Assembly (NCBI GenBank): GCA_964469485.1 | Contig: CAYXZP010000001.1 | Coordinates: 3,660-67,659, forward strand | DNA: 64,000 nucleotides | Direction of reading: 5' to 3' | DNA from: an uncultured Myxococcales bacterium | GTDB lineage: Bacteria > Desulfobacterota > Binatia > UBA1149 > CAYXZP01 | In this document: one piece after another, positions 55,337-64,000 of the stretch | Layout of the letters: every line of letters starts with the position of its first letter | How positions within the stretch are numbered: position 1 is the stretch's first letter | Position numbers and translations under genes: made by a program | Notes under the pieces: generated by a model | The model's input: the letters and a program-made list of their open reading frames with translations, nothing else | The model's database searches: none | What the model was told of the DNA's origin: nothing

Positions 55337-56992
55337 TCAGAGGAACACGGGCGCGTCGAACTCTCCGAAGGCCGTTCGCATCGCATCCGAGATCTCGCCG
55401 AGGGTCGCGCGCTGGCCCACCGCATCGACGATCTTCGGCATCAGGTTGTCGTCGCCGGCAGCCGTTTTGGTCACCGCCGCCAGGGCCCGTTCGACGGCAC
55501 CGTCGTCGCGGGATCGTTTGAGGGCGGCAAGTTTCTCTTTCTGCTTCTTTTCGAGGCTCGGGTCGATCTTTAGCAGGTCGATCGGTTCCTCCACGTCGAT
55601 GCCGAAGGCGTTGACCCCGACAACGATCTGGTCGTGCGACTCGATGGCCTTCTGGTACTCGTAGGCGGCCTGCTGGATCTCGCGCTGCTGGAACCCGTTC
55701 TCGATGGCACGAACGGCCCCTCCCATGTCATCGATGGCCTTGATGTACTCCTCGGCCCGGCGTTGCACCTCGTCGGTGAGCTCTTCGATGAAGTAAGAAC
55801 CGGCCATCGGGTCTATCGTGTCGGCCACACCCGATTCCGAGGCGATGGTCTGCTGGGTGCGGAGGGCCACCCGGGCCGAGGTCTCCGTGGGCAAGGCCAG
55901 TGCTTCGTCGTAGCCGTTGGTGTGCAGCGATTGGGTGCCGCCACAGATCGCGGCTAGGGCCTGGACCGAAGTGCGAATGATGTTGTTTAGCGGCTGCTGG
56001 GCCGTCAGCGAGGACCCGGCTGTCTGGCTGTGGTAGCGCATCATCATGGAACGTTCCTTCTTGGCGCCGAAACGCTCCTTCATGATCTTGGCCCAAAGTC
56101 TGCGGGCAGCCCTGAACTTCGCGATCTCCTCGAAGAAGTTGTTGTGGACATTGAAGAAGAACGACAGGCGGTCGGCGAAGTCGTCCACGTTGAGCCCGCG
56201 GTCGACCGCGGCTTGGATGTAGGCGATGCCGTTGGCGATCGTGAAGGCCAACTCCTGGACGGCCGTGCACCCGGCCTCGCGGATGTGATAGCCGCTTATC
56301 GAGATCGTGTTCCAGCGCGGCACGTGCTCGGTGCAAAACGCGAAAATGTCGCTGGTTACCCTCATCGTAGAGGCGGGAGGATAGATGTAGGTGCCGCGGG
56401 CGATGTACTCCTTGAGGACGTCGTTCTGCACGGTGCCGCCGATCTTGTCCCAGGGCACCCCCTGTTCTTCTGCGACCTTGAGGTATAGGGCCAGAACGAT
56501 CGCGGCCGTAGAGTTGATCGTCATCGAGGTGGTGACCTTGTCCAGAGGTATCTCGTCGAACAGCGTGTTCATGTCATCGACCGAGTCGATGGCGACGCCG
56601 ACCTTGCCGACCTCGCCGGTGGCGAGCGGGTGGTCGGAATCGCGGCCCATCTGGGTCGGCAGGTCGAAGGCCACGCTCAGGCCCTTGCTGCCGTGTTCGA
56701 GGAGGTAGCGGTAGCGGCGGTTGGATTCTTCGGCGGTGCCGAAGCCGCCGTATTGGCGCATCGTCCACAGCCGGCCGCGGTACATGGTGGCCTGGGCGCC
56801 GCGCGTGAAAGGGTATTGGCCCGGCATGCCGAGCGAGTCGGGGTATTCCTCGTTACCGTCGGGGCCGTAAAGGCGTCCTATCTCTATCCCCGAGGTGGTT
56901 ACGAACTTGTCCTTGCGTTCCCCCGAACGCTCCATGGCCTTCTTGAGCGTGCCCCCGTTCCATTTTTGCAACTTGCTGTTGAAATCGGACAT
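55337..56992 (-). CDS. Methylmalonyl-CoA mutase catalytic (N-terminal) subunit, without a B12-binding domain
   Basis: 551 aa. MCM substrate-binding TIM barrel. Ends before the position where a cobalamin-binding domain would be found. Confidence 0.9.
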   Translation of the reverse strand: MSDFNSKLQKWNGGTLKKAMERSGERKDKFVTTSGIEIGRLYGPDGNEEYPDSLGMPGQYPFTRGAQATMYRGRLWTMRQYGGFGTAEESNRRYRYLLEHGSKGLSVAFDLPTQMGRDSDHPLATGEVGKVGVAIDSVDDMNTLFDEIPLDKVTTSMTINSTAAIVLALYLKVAEEQGVPWDKIGGTVQNDVLKEYIARGTYIYPPASTMRVTSDIFAFCTEHVPRWNTISISGYHIREAGCTAVQELAFTIANGIAYIQAAVDRGLNVDDFADRLSFFFNVHNNFFEEIAKFRAARRLWAKIMKERFGAKKERSMMMRYHSQTAGSSLTAQQPLNNIIRTSVQALAAICGGTQSLHTNGYDEALALPTETSARVALRTQQTIASESGVADTIDPMAGSYFIEELTDEVQRRAEEYIKAIDDMGGAVRAIENGFQQREIQQAAYEYQKAIESHDQIVVGVNAFGIDVEEPIDLLKIDPSLEKKQKEKLAALKRSRDDGAVERALAAVTKTAAGDDNLMPKIVDAVGQRATLGEISDAMRTAFGEFDAPVFL

Positions 56993-57026
56993 TCCGTACT
57001 CTTTCCCCGCGGCGTTCGGGCCGGCG

Positions 57027-58151
57027 TTAGCCGAGTATAGCCAAGAGCACGCCTGCCGCTACTGCCGAGCCGATCACGCCGGCCACATTGGGGGCCATTG
57101 CGTGCATGATGAGGAAGTTGGAGGGGTCCTCCTCCTGTGCGGTGGTCAGTGCCACACGTGCCGCCATCGGAACGGCCGACACGCCAGCGGCGCCGATGAT
57201 GGGGTTTATGGGCGCGCTCGAGAGCTTGTTCATGAGCTTGCCGAGCAAGACGCCGGCCGCGGTGGCCACCATGAAGGCGGCCAGGCCGAGAGCGAATATC
57301 ATGAGCGATTCCGGTCTCAGGAAGCGGTCGGCCGTGGCCGCCGCGCCCACGCAGATGCCGAGTATGATGGTGACCGAATCGATGAAGGCTGTCTTGGCCG
57401 TGTTGGCCAGACGGTCCGTCACGCCCGACTCTTTGAGGAGATTTCCGAAAAACAGCATGCCGAGTAGTATCGTGGCCTTGGGCGCCACGAGCGTACACAC
57501 GAGGAATGCCACTATCGGGAACAATATCTTTTCGGTACGCGACACCTCGCGCGGCGGGTTCATGCGTATGAGCCTTTCGGCGCGCGTCGTGAGCAACCTG
57601 ACGATGGGCGGTTGTATGACGGGCACCAGGGCCATGTAGGAGTAGGCGGCCACGGCCACGGCCGGAAGAAGTTCCGGTGCCAGACTGGCCGTTACGAAGA
57701 TGGTGGTCGGCCCGTCGGCGCCGCCTATGATGCCGATCGCGCCGGCTTCCTGGGGGCTGAAGCCGAGCAGCAGCGCTCCCCAGTAGGTGGCGAATATGCC
57801 GACCTGGGCGGCGGCTCCGAGCAGTATCAGGCGCGGCTGGGAGAGCATGGCCGAGAAGTCGGTCATCGCCCCGAGGCCGAGGAAAATGAGCGCCGGGTAG
57901 ATCTCGTGTTTTACGCCGAAGTAGAGGAAGTGGATCACGCCCTCGGTCTCTTCCGGCGACGCCCCCGAGCCGGGGATGTTGCCCATGATCATGCCAAAGC
58001 CGATCGGGACAAGCAGTAGCGGTTCGTAATTTTTGCGGATGGCCAGCGCGATGAGCACCAAGCCGACGGCGAGCATCACGAGATTGAGCGGCTCGGCGGG
58101 GTAGCCGGCAAAACCGGTCTCAAGGATGAAGGCTTGTACGGCCTCGAGCAT
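57027..58151 (-). CDS. Na+-translocating decarboxylase beta subunit (OadB/MmdB family)
   Basis: Polytopic membrane protein with the conserved OadB-family sequence. Confidence 0.9.
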   Translation of the reverse strand: MLEAVQAFILETGFAGYPAEPLNLVMLAVGLVLIALAIRKNYEPLLLVPIGFGMIMGNIPGSGASPEETEGVIHFLYFGVKHEIYPALIFLGLGAMTDFSAMLSQPRLILLGAAAQVGIFATYWGALLLGFSPQEAGAIGIIGGADGPTTIFVTASLAPELLPAVAVAAYSYMALVPVIQPPIVRLLTTRAERLIRMNPPREVSRTEKILFPIVAFLVCTLVAPKATILLGMLFFGNLLKESGVTDRLANTAKTAFIDSVTIILGICVGAAATADRFLRPESLMIFALGLAAFMVATAAGVLLGKLMNKLSSAPINPIIGAAGVSAVPMAARVALTTAQEEDPSNFLIMHAMAPNVAGVIGSAVAAGVLLAILG

Positions 58152-58181
58152 GGGCAGTTCCAGCGTCTGGGGACGGGCGGG

Positions 58182-58604
58182 TCAGGAGACGACCAGCAGG
58201 ACCTGACCGTCGCTCACCTCGGCCCCCTCGCTTACCTTGATCTCTTCGACGCTACCCGCGACCGGGGTGGAGATGTCGTTTTCCATCTTCATCGCTTCCA
58301 GCTTGAGAACCACTTGACCGGCCTCGACGCTGTCGCCGGTGCCCACGCACAACTTGGTTACAACGCCGGGTATGGGCGCGGTTATCGTGCCCGTGCCGGC
58401 GGCGGCCGGGGCGGCCTTTGGTGCCGGCGCCGGCACGGTCCGAACGGCCGGAACGGCCGCGGGAGCGGCTGGCTGGGGCCGCGAGCGGGCCGGCTCGACC
58501 TCGAAGCTCTGGCCCTCGACGCTTACCGTGGCCCTGCCGCCGGCGCTCTCGCTTACCGTGACCGAGTATTCCTTGCCTTCCAGGCGTACCTTGTAGACCG
58601 GCAC
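58182..58604 (-). CDS. Biotin carboxyl carrier subunit (biotinyl domain) of the decarboxylase
   Basis: C-terminal EAMKMEN biotinylation motif. Pro/Ala-rich linker. Confidence 0.85.
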   Translation of the reverse strand: MPVYKVRLEGKEYSVTVSESAGGRATVSVEGQSFEVEPARSRPQPAAPAAVPAVRTVPAPAPKAAPAAAGTGTITAPIPGVVTKLCVGTGDSVEAGQVVLKLEAMKMENDISTPVAGSVEEIKVSEGAEVSDGQVLLVVS

Positions 58605-58607
58605 CGT

Positions 58608-58910
58608 CTATCTCCTGAGTTGACTGCGCTCGAAGCGCATCACCTGGCGCGAGCGCGCCGCGCGCAGCCAGGCTGAAGCCGGTGCGGGACCGCGAACCGC
58701 CGTCCGGCTTGCCGCGTGAAGTCCGTAGGCGGCAAGCGCGACCCGGGCGAGCAGGTCCGTGTCGTGGCGGTCGGAGTTCTGGCCGCCGTCGGCGACCGAG
58801 AAAAGCCGCGCCATGACCGTCAATACGGCCACCAGCATGGACAGGGCGATGAACACCGTTCCCACGCCCACGACCGTGATATTGAGACCGCCTGTTGCCA
58901 CGACGTCCAT
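58608..58910 (-). CDS. OadG-like small membrane subunit of the Na+-decarboxylase (putative)
   Basis: 100 aa with an N-terminal TM helix. Position between the alpha and biotin-carrier genes. Confidence 0.45.
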   Translation of the reverse strand: MDVVATGGLNITVVGVGTVFIALSMLVAVLTVMARLFSVADGGQNSDRHDTDLLARVALAAYGLHAASRTAVRGPAPASAWLRAARSRQVMRFERSQLRR

Positions 58911-60461
58911 CTAGAGCGGAATGTTCCCGTGCTTCTTGGGTGGGATGCTGTCCTTCTTGTTGGCCAGCATGGCAAGAGCCTGCGCGACCTTGATCCTCGT
59001 GTCGGCCGGCGAGATGACCTCGTCTATGAAACCGAGCTCCGCGGCCTTGAAAGGCGTGGCGAAGCGGCCGCGGTAGTCCGCGGCCAGTTCCTTGCGCTTG
59101 CCTTCGGGGTCGCCCGCCGCGGCTATCTCCTTGCGTGAGATGATGTTGACGGCGCCATCGGGGCCCATCACGGCTATCTCGGCCGTCGGGTAGGCCAGGT
59201 TGACGTCGGCACGGACGTGTTTTGAGCCCATCACACAGTAGGCTCCGCCGTAGGACTTGCGTGTGATGATTGTGATCTTTGGTACCGTGGCCTCGGCGTA
59301 GGCATACACGATCTTGGCCCCGTGGCGGATGATGCCCCCCCATTCTTGCTGCGTTCCCGGTAAGTAACCCGGTACGTCCTCAAAGGTGACCACGGGAATG
59401 TTGAAACAGTCGCAGAAACGTATGAAGCGCCCGATCTTGTTGGAAGCGTCGCAATCGAGACAGCCGGCTAGATGGGACGGCTGGTTGGCGACTATCCCGA
59501 CGCTACGGCCGCCGACACGTCCGAAACCGACGATGGCATTGCGCGCGAAGTGCCGGTGCACCTCGAAGAAGCTGTCGCTATCGAGCACGGCTTCGATGAT
59601 CGTGTGCATGTCGTAGGGCTTGTTGGGATCGTCCGGGACGACGTCGATGAGTTCGGGGGTGGTGCGGTCGAGTGGGTCGTTCGAGGCAAGCACCGGCGGG
59701 TCCTCGATGTTGTTTGGCGGCAGGTAACCGAGCAGGCGACGGATCTGGGCTATGCAATCGGAGTCGTCGGCAGCCAGGAAGTGGGCCACGCCACTGCGAC
59801 TGTTGTGCGTCATGGCCCCGCCGAGGTCTTCCTGGGTGACCTCTTCGCGGGTCACCGATCTTATGACCTCCGGTCCGGTGATGAACATGTAGCTGGTCTT
59901 GTCGACCATGAAGATGAAATCGGTCAGGGCCGGCGAGTAGGTCGCACCGCCGGCGCAGGGGCCGAGAATTCCCGAGATCTGCGGTATCACACCCGAGGCC
60001 AGGGTGTTGGCACAGAATATGTCGGCGTAACCGCCGAGGCTTTCCACGCCTTCCTGGATGCGCGCCCCCCCCGAGTCGTTCAGTCCCACGACCGGGGCGC
60101 CCGCCTTCATGGCCATGGAGGAGATCTTGCATATCTTCTCGGCCACCGTCTTGCTCAGACTGCCCCCGAGCACCGTGAAGTCCTGGGCGTAAGCGAACAC
60201 CGTGCGCTGGTCTACCGTGCCGTAACCGCAGACAATGCCGTCGCCCGGGGTCTTCTGTTCATCCATACCGAAGTCGGTACAGCGATGCGTTCTCAGCTTG
60301 TCGACCTCGACGAAGCTGCCCCTGTCGAACAGTTCATCGATGCGCTCGCGAGCGGTGAGAAGTCCCTTCTCGTGGCGCTTGGCCACGCGTTCAGGCCCGC
60401 CACCGGCCTCGGCCAGTTCGTTGCGGCGCTTGAGCTCCTGAAGGACTTCCTCTAGCGGCAT
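58911..60461 (-). CDS. Methylmalonyl-CoA decarboxylase alpha subunit / carboxyltransferase (propionyl-CoA carboxylase beta-chain family)
   Basis: 516 aa. Duplicated crotonase-like carboxyltransferase domains. Confidence 0.9.
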   Translation of the reverse strand: MPLEEVLQELKRRNELAEAGGGPERVAKRHEKGLLTARERIDELFDRGSFVEVDKLRTHRCTDFGMDEQKTPGDGIVCGYGTVDQRTVFAYAQDFTVLGGSLSKTVAEKICKISSMAMKAGAPVVGLNDSGGARIQEGVESLGGYADIFCANTLASGVIPQISGILGPCAGGATYSPALTDFIFMVDKTSYMFITGPEVIRSVTREEVTQEDLGGAMTHNSRSGVAHFLAADDSDCIAQIRRLLGYLPPNNIEDPPVLASNDPLDRTTPELIDVVPDDPNKPYDMHTIIEAVLDSDSFFEVHRHFARNAIVGFGRVGGRSVGIVANQPSHLAGCLDCDASNKIGRFIRFCDCFNIPVVTFEDVPGYLPGTQQEWGGIIRHGAKIVYAYAEATVPKITIITRKSYGGAYCVMGSKHVRADVNLAYPTAEIAVMGPDGAVNIISRKEIAAAGDPEGKRKELAADYRGRFATPFKAAELGFIDEVISPADTRIKVAQALAMLANKKDSIPPKKHGNIPL

Positions 60462-60548
60462 TGTCTAAAAGGGGGATAACAGAGAATGACTAGCCCGGAA
60501 GGATTAGCCGAGGAGGCCAGAATATACAAAATCGCTCGCGGCCGGTTC

Positions 60549-60995
60549 TCAGCGATGCTCCGGATGGGCGAGCGGGGGCAGGCGGACGATGCTGCCGCGG
60601 GCGACGCCGTGACGAGCCGCCAGGCCCGCGCCCACCTCCAGCACGTAACGGGCCGGCCCCGCCGAGGCGATGGGCTCGCCGGAGTAAGGACGGGTATCGT
60701 GAGCGACCGAGACGACCCGGCGATCGCGGGAGATAAAGATGATGTCGAGCGGCACGGGCGTGTTCTTCATCCAGAACACTCGTGTCTCGTCGTCGTCGAA
60801 GACGAACAGCATGCCGCTCGTTTCCGCGAGGCTCTCGCGCCACATGAGGCCGCGGCGTCTGGCCTCTGGCGTGGCCGCGACCTCGACGCTGACGCTGAGC
60901 TCTCCGGCGTTTCCCTCTATGGCCACAGTAGCGGCGGGCCGTCCCGTGCAGGACGCCGCCGACAGGCCAAGCGAGAGTGCTGCGGAGGCGGCCAT
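60549..60995 (-). CDS. DUF192-domain lipoprotein
   Basis: MAASAALSLGLSAASC lipobox. FVFDDDETRVFWMKNTPVPLDIIFI matches the DUF192 core. The ORF-track 450-aa ORF extends spuriously upstream. Confidence 0.6.
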   Translation of the reverse strand: MAASAALSLGLSAASCTGRPAATVAIEGNAGELSVSVEVAATPEARRRGLMWRESLAETSGMLFVFDDDETRVFWMKNTPVPLDIIFISRDRRVVSVAHDTRPYSGEPIASAGPARYVLEVGAGLAARHGVARGSIVRLPPLAHPEHR

Positions 60996-61058
60996 GACCG
61001 ATTGCAAGGCTGTCCTGGCCACGGTTAAATCCCGACCGCTGTCGAAGGAGGAGATGCG

Positions 61059-63077
61059 GTGAGCCCTATCATATGGTCGCTGGTCCTGTTGGCATACCTG
61101 GCGCTGTTCGGTTGGCAGGTCTTCCGCCGCCTGCGTGTGCTTTTCAAGGTTCGTTCGGCGGCCCGCTTCGACCGTATCGGTGAGCGCATCACCAAGACCC
61201 TGGTATACGCCTTCGGCCAGCTCAAGTTCTTCCGCGGCGAACAGCCGGCCGGAATCATCCACGCCCTGGTCTTCTGGGGCTTTCTGGTGCTGGGGGCCCA
61301 GGTGATGACGATGTTCCTGCGTGGTTGGGCCCCCGAGGCCCACCTGCCGCTGCTCGGCCCCGAGCTTCTCGGAGGGCCCTACATGCTCGTTCGCGACCTC
61401 ATGGAGGCCATCGTTCTGGTCTGCGCGCTGGTCCTCTTGGCCCGTTGGTTGGTGACGCACCCGCCACGGCTCATGGGTTTCAAGCCCGCCGAGACCAAAC
61501 TGGCCGGCCAGTCCCATTGGGAGGCTGTCCTTATCCTGTGCTTCATCTCCGCGATCATGATCACCGGCATGATCTACGACGGTGGACGGATGGTCTTCCT
61601 CCAGGGCAACCCCGTCATCGAGGCTGAGCGTCCCTGGCAGCCGGTCGCCGGTATCGCCGCCTCGTTCATGTCCGGCTCGGGAAACCATGCCGCGCGTACG
61701 GCAAGCGACGTCTCGTGGTGGATACACAATCTGGTCGTGCTGACTTTCCTCAACTTGCTGCCGCTGTCCAAACACTTCCACGTGATAACGGCCATCCCGA
61801 ATGTTTTCTTCAGCAAACTCGAGCCGGCCGGCCAGCTTTCCAAGCAGGACCTGGACCTCGATTCGGACGACGCGATATTCGGCACCTCGCAGATGCGCCA
61901 CTTCGACTGGAAGCAGGTGCTCGACATGTTCAGCTGCACCGAGTGCGGGCGTTGTTCCGAGCAGTGTCCGGCCACCTCGACCGACAAGCCGCTGGCGCCG
62001 CGCCAGATGTTGCTCGACCTGCGCGACTTCCTCTACGAGAAACCCGAATCGGTCCTCGACCGGTCCTTCGACGAAGCCGTGGTCGGCGAGAACTGCGTGA
62101 CCGAGGAGGTCCTGTGGTCATGCACGACCTGCCGCGCCTGCGAGGACGCCTGTCCGGTGCACATCGAGTACGTGGACAAGATCGTCGACATGCGGCGCCA
62201 CTTGGTCCAGGAGCAGGCCAGTTTTCCCGAGGAACTCGGCCGCACCTTCCGCGGCATGGAGACCCACAGCAATCCCTGGGGAATAGGCGCCGATAAACGG
62301 GCCGACTGGGCCGAAGGGCTCGACATCCCGCTACTGTCGGAGAACCCGGATGCCGAATATCTGTTCTACGTCGGCTGTGCGGGCTCCTTCGACGACCGCG
62401 CCAAGAGGATCACCCAGGCTGTGGCCACCATCCTCACGAAGGCCGGCGTGAGCTTTGCGATCCTCGGCAAGGACGAGCCCTGCAACGGGGACACGGCCCG
62501 CCGGCTCGGTAACGAGTACCTCTACCAGACCATGGCCGGCATGGCCGTCGAGGTGCTGGCGGGTCACAACGTCAAGAAGGTGATCACCAACTGTCCGCAC
62601 TGTTTCAACACGATCAAGAACGAATTTCCGCAGTTCGACGGTAACTACGAGGTCGTACACGGCTCCGAGTTGGTCGCCGGGCTCGTTCGCGAGGGCAGGG
62701 TGCGCCTAGGTAAGGAGGCGGCCAAGACCATCGTCTACCACGACTCATGTTATCTCGGCCGCTACAACGAGGTCTACGACGCCCCCCGCCAGCTGCTCGA
62801 GGCCATCCCCGGTGTCATTCTCAAGGAAGCCGATCGCAGCCGTAACACGGGCATGTGCTGTGGCGCCGGTGGCGGCCGTATGTGGATCGAGGAGGACCCC
62901 TCTCAGCGCGTGAACTCACTACGTGTGGAACAGCTGTTGGAGACAGAGCCCGACGTCATCGCCTCGGCCTGTCCCTACTGCATGACCATGCTCGACGACG
63001 GCGTGAAGGCCAAGGAGCTAGAAGGCCGGGTCGACACCCGCGATATCCTCGAGATCGTCGCTGCCGCGATTTCCTGA
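61059..63077 (+). CDS. Membrane-anchored Fe-S oxidoreductase: N-terminal multi-TM His-rich (cytochrome b/NarI-like) domain fused to a 2x[4Fe-4S] + double CCG-domain (HdrD/DsrK/GlpC-like) module
   Basis: TM helices with conserved His. CTECGRCSEQCP and CTTCRACEDACP ferredoxin motifs. Two CCG domains (CPHCFN...DSCY and MCCGAGGG...ACPYCM). Confidence 0.75.
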   Translation: MSPIIWSLVLLAYLALFGWQVFRRLRVLFKVRSAARFDRIGERITKTLVYAFGQLKFFRGEQPAGIIHALVFWGFLVLGAQVMTMFLRGWAPEAHLPLLGPELLGGPYMLVRDLMEAIVLVCALVLLARWLVTHPPRLMGFKPAETKLAGQSHWEAVLILCFISAIMITGMIYDGGRMVFLQGNPVIEAERPWQPVAGIAASFMSGSGNHAARTASDVSWWIHNLVVLTFLNLLPLSKHFHVITAIPNVFFSKLEPAGQLSKQDLDLDSDDAIFGTSQMRHFDWKQVLDMFSCTECGRCSEQCPATSTDKPLAPRQMLLDLRDFLYEKPESVLDRSFDEAVVGENCVTEEVLWSCTTCRACEDACPVHIEYVDKIVDMRRHLVQEQASFPEELGRTFRGMETHSNPWGIGADKRADWAEGLDIPLLSENPDAEYLFYVGCAGSFDDRAKRITQAVATILTKAGVSFAILGKDEPCNGDTARRLGNEYLYQTMAGMAVEVLAGHNVKKVITNCPHCFNTIKNEFPQFDGNYEVVHGSELVAGLVREGRVRLGKEAAKTIVYHDSCYLGRYNEVYDAPRQLLEAIPGVILKEADRSRNTGMCCGAGGGRMWIEEDPSQRVNSLRVEQLLETEPDVIASACPYCMTMLDDGVKAKELEGRVDTRDILEIVAAAIS

Positions 63078-63080
63078 CGC

Positions 63081-63166
63081 GGACCCGAGTTAGCGAGGGT
63101 TCGCGGTCCGCTCTGGGACCCGAGTTAGCGAGGGTTCGCGGTCCGCTCTGGGACCCGAGTTAGCGC
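63081..63166 (+). repeat. Tandem direct repeat, 35-bp unit x about 2.5 copies
   Basis: GGACCCGAGTTAGCGAGGGTTCGCGGTCCGCTCT at 63081-63115 and 63116-63150, plus a partial copy at 63151-63166. The unit contains a GGTCC...GGACC inverted pair. Confidence 0.85.
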
Positions 63167-63200
63167 TTGACATAGCTCCAACCCGTGCTAATGTGCACAC
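63167..63200 (+). promoter_or_regulatory. Putative sigma70 promoter and palindromic operator of arsR
   Basis: TTGACA at 63167-63172, 16-nt spacer, TAATGT at 63189-63194, and a perfect palindrome TGTGCACA just downstream. The ATG at 63201 suggests a leaderless or near-leaderless transcript. Confidence 0.4.
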
Positions 63201-63557
63201 ATGTCCACGGTTGCTGAGGCAGCACTGGCCGACTGCGGTCCTCGGGAGAAGGCCGTGTCCGAGGTCCGTCAGTTCCTACACGGAGAGCTGTTCGCGGCCC
63301 TGGCCGACCCGGCCCGGCGCGAGGTGATCTTGCTGCTCGGCCTGGAGGGCGAGCTTAATGCGGGGGCCATCTCGGCCCGTTTCGGACTCGACCGGACCAC
63401 GGTTTCTCGTCACCTCGGCCGGCTGACGGCTGCCGGGCTCATCGCTCGACGCAAGGTCGGCCGCGAGGTTCTATACCGCCTGGAGGCCGACACGATCACG
63501 GGGCAGCTCGAAGGTCTCGTAACGGGGCTCAAGACCCACTGCCGGGATTGTTGCTGA
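63201..63557 (+). CDS. arsR: ArsR/SmtB-family metalloregulatory transcriptional repressor
   Basis: Winged-helix DRTTVSRHLGRLTAAGLI. C-terminal Cys cluster HCRDCC. Confidence 0.8.
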   Translation: MSTVAEAALADCGPREKAVSEVRQFLHGELFAALADPARREVILLLGLEGELNAGAISARFGLDRTTVSRHLGRLTAAGLIARRKVGREVLYRLEADTITGQLEGLVTGLKTHCRDCC

Positions 63558-63578
63558 CCCGGTCAAAGGAAGGAGTTC

Positions 63579-64000
63579 ATGATGAACACCAACGCTTTTC
63601 ACGTTTCCGTTTATGTGGACGACATAGACAAGGCTGTGACCGACTATAGCCGCCTGCTCGGCATCGAGCCGGCCAAGGTCAAGCACGACTATGCCAAGTT
63701 CGAACTAGAGGACCCGCCCGTGGTCTTCTCACTCAACGTCGGGGGAGAGCCGGGCGCTCTGAGCCACTTCGGCATTCGCTATGGCAGCTCGGGCGAACTT
63801 GCCACCGAGCGCATCCGTCTGAAGAACGGCGGGGTCGAGACCTTGGAGCAGGCCGATGCCACCTGCTGCTACGCCAGTGCCGAGAAGGTGTGGGCGCTCG
63901 ACGGCAGCGGTGTGGCTTGGGAGCTGTACGCGGTGACAGAGGCCGATGTCGAAACGGAAACGGCCGCCGACCCCGAGCTGCGCGAGCTTCTCGGTCAGTC
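63579..64000 (+). CDS. VOC-family protein resembling ArsI C-As lyase / CadI (3' end outside window)
   Basis: SD AAGGAAGGAG before the ATG at 63579. Glyoxalase-fold N-terminus. Vicinal cysteine pair in DATCCYA, as in ArsI-type enzymes. Confidence 0.55.
   Translation, partial: MMNTNAFHVSVYVDDIDKAVTDYSRLLGIEPAKVKHDYAKFELEDPPVVFSLNVGGEPGALSHFGIRYGSSGELATERIRLKNGGVETLEQADATCCYASAEKVWALDGSGVAWELYAVTEADVETETAADPELRELLGQ

Noticed and set aside
58252-59343. 363-aa ORF overlapping mmdA and the BCCP gene
   Set aside because: Arg/Gly/His-rich junk translation in an alternative frame of well-supported genes.
60549-61901. 450-aa ORF on the minus strand
   Set aside because: Only the C-terminal 148 aa (DUF192 lipoprotein, start at 60995) are credible. 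The upstream part is antisense to the Fe-S oxidoreductase gene.
63081-63166. Possible CRISPR array
   Set aside because: The repeats are directly adjacent, with no spacers. There are only about 2.5 copies and no cas genes. This is a tandem repeat, not CRISPR.

Overview
High-GC (roughly two-thirds G+C) bacterial chromosomal segment, densely coded on both strands, with many 4-nt start/stop overlaps. No rRNA, tRNA, CRISPR, transposase or integrase was recognised. Most of the window is conserved housekeeping. On the + strand there are glpK, rpmE, prfA-prmC-murA-hisD-hisB-hisH-hisA-hisF, moaC, radC, plsC-uppP-ftsK-lolA-rimO, dksA, queE, glpD, folE, a class-V aminotransferase with serA-purA, dusB-queD, HIT and HAD genes. 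On the - strand there are trxB, ssb, tolC, ggt, pepP, sppA, and a long colinear run htrA-rnr-pdaD-mcm-mmdB-BCCP-oadG-like-mmdA. This run couples a B12-domain-less methylmalonyl-CoA mutase catalytic subunit to a Na+-translocating methylmalonyl-CoA decarboxylase. Two regions stand out. (1) At 1.5-3.5 kb there is an ATGA-coupled pair of ArsA/Get3-like ATPases. Their deviant Walker A motifs are degenerate in complementary ways (GKGGVGRTT versus GEGGVGKTS). The pair is divergently transcribed from glycerol kinase and sits beside a phasin-like gene. (2) At 37.5-42.4 kb there is an accessory-looking module bounded by hairpin terminators. It holds a small membrane protein, an unusually long structured low-GC leader, a strongly ribosome-bound beta-barrel porin, a divergent orphan TusA, and an 865-aa secreted protein. 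That protein has about 56 cysteines and an internally duplicated Lys-rich N-terminal module. It also has a 12-Thr linker, a large Cys-rich body, and a C-terminal Planctomycete-type single-heme cytochrome c (PSCyt1-like, CAACH) domain. An XRE regulator follows it. I consider this the best candidate for an undescribed system, plausibly an outer-membrane-associated redox or metal-handling module. The 3' end carries an ArsR metalloregulator whose promoter is preceded by 2.5 copies of a 35-bp tandem repeat. Its -10/start region contains a TGTGCACA palindrome. It is followed by an ArsI-like VOC protein with a vicinal CC pair. All calls are from reading the sequence and ORF translations by eye. No database search was possible.
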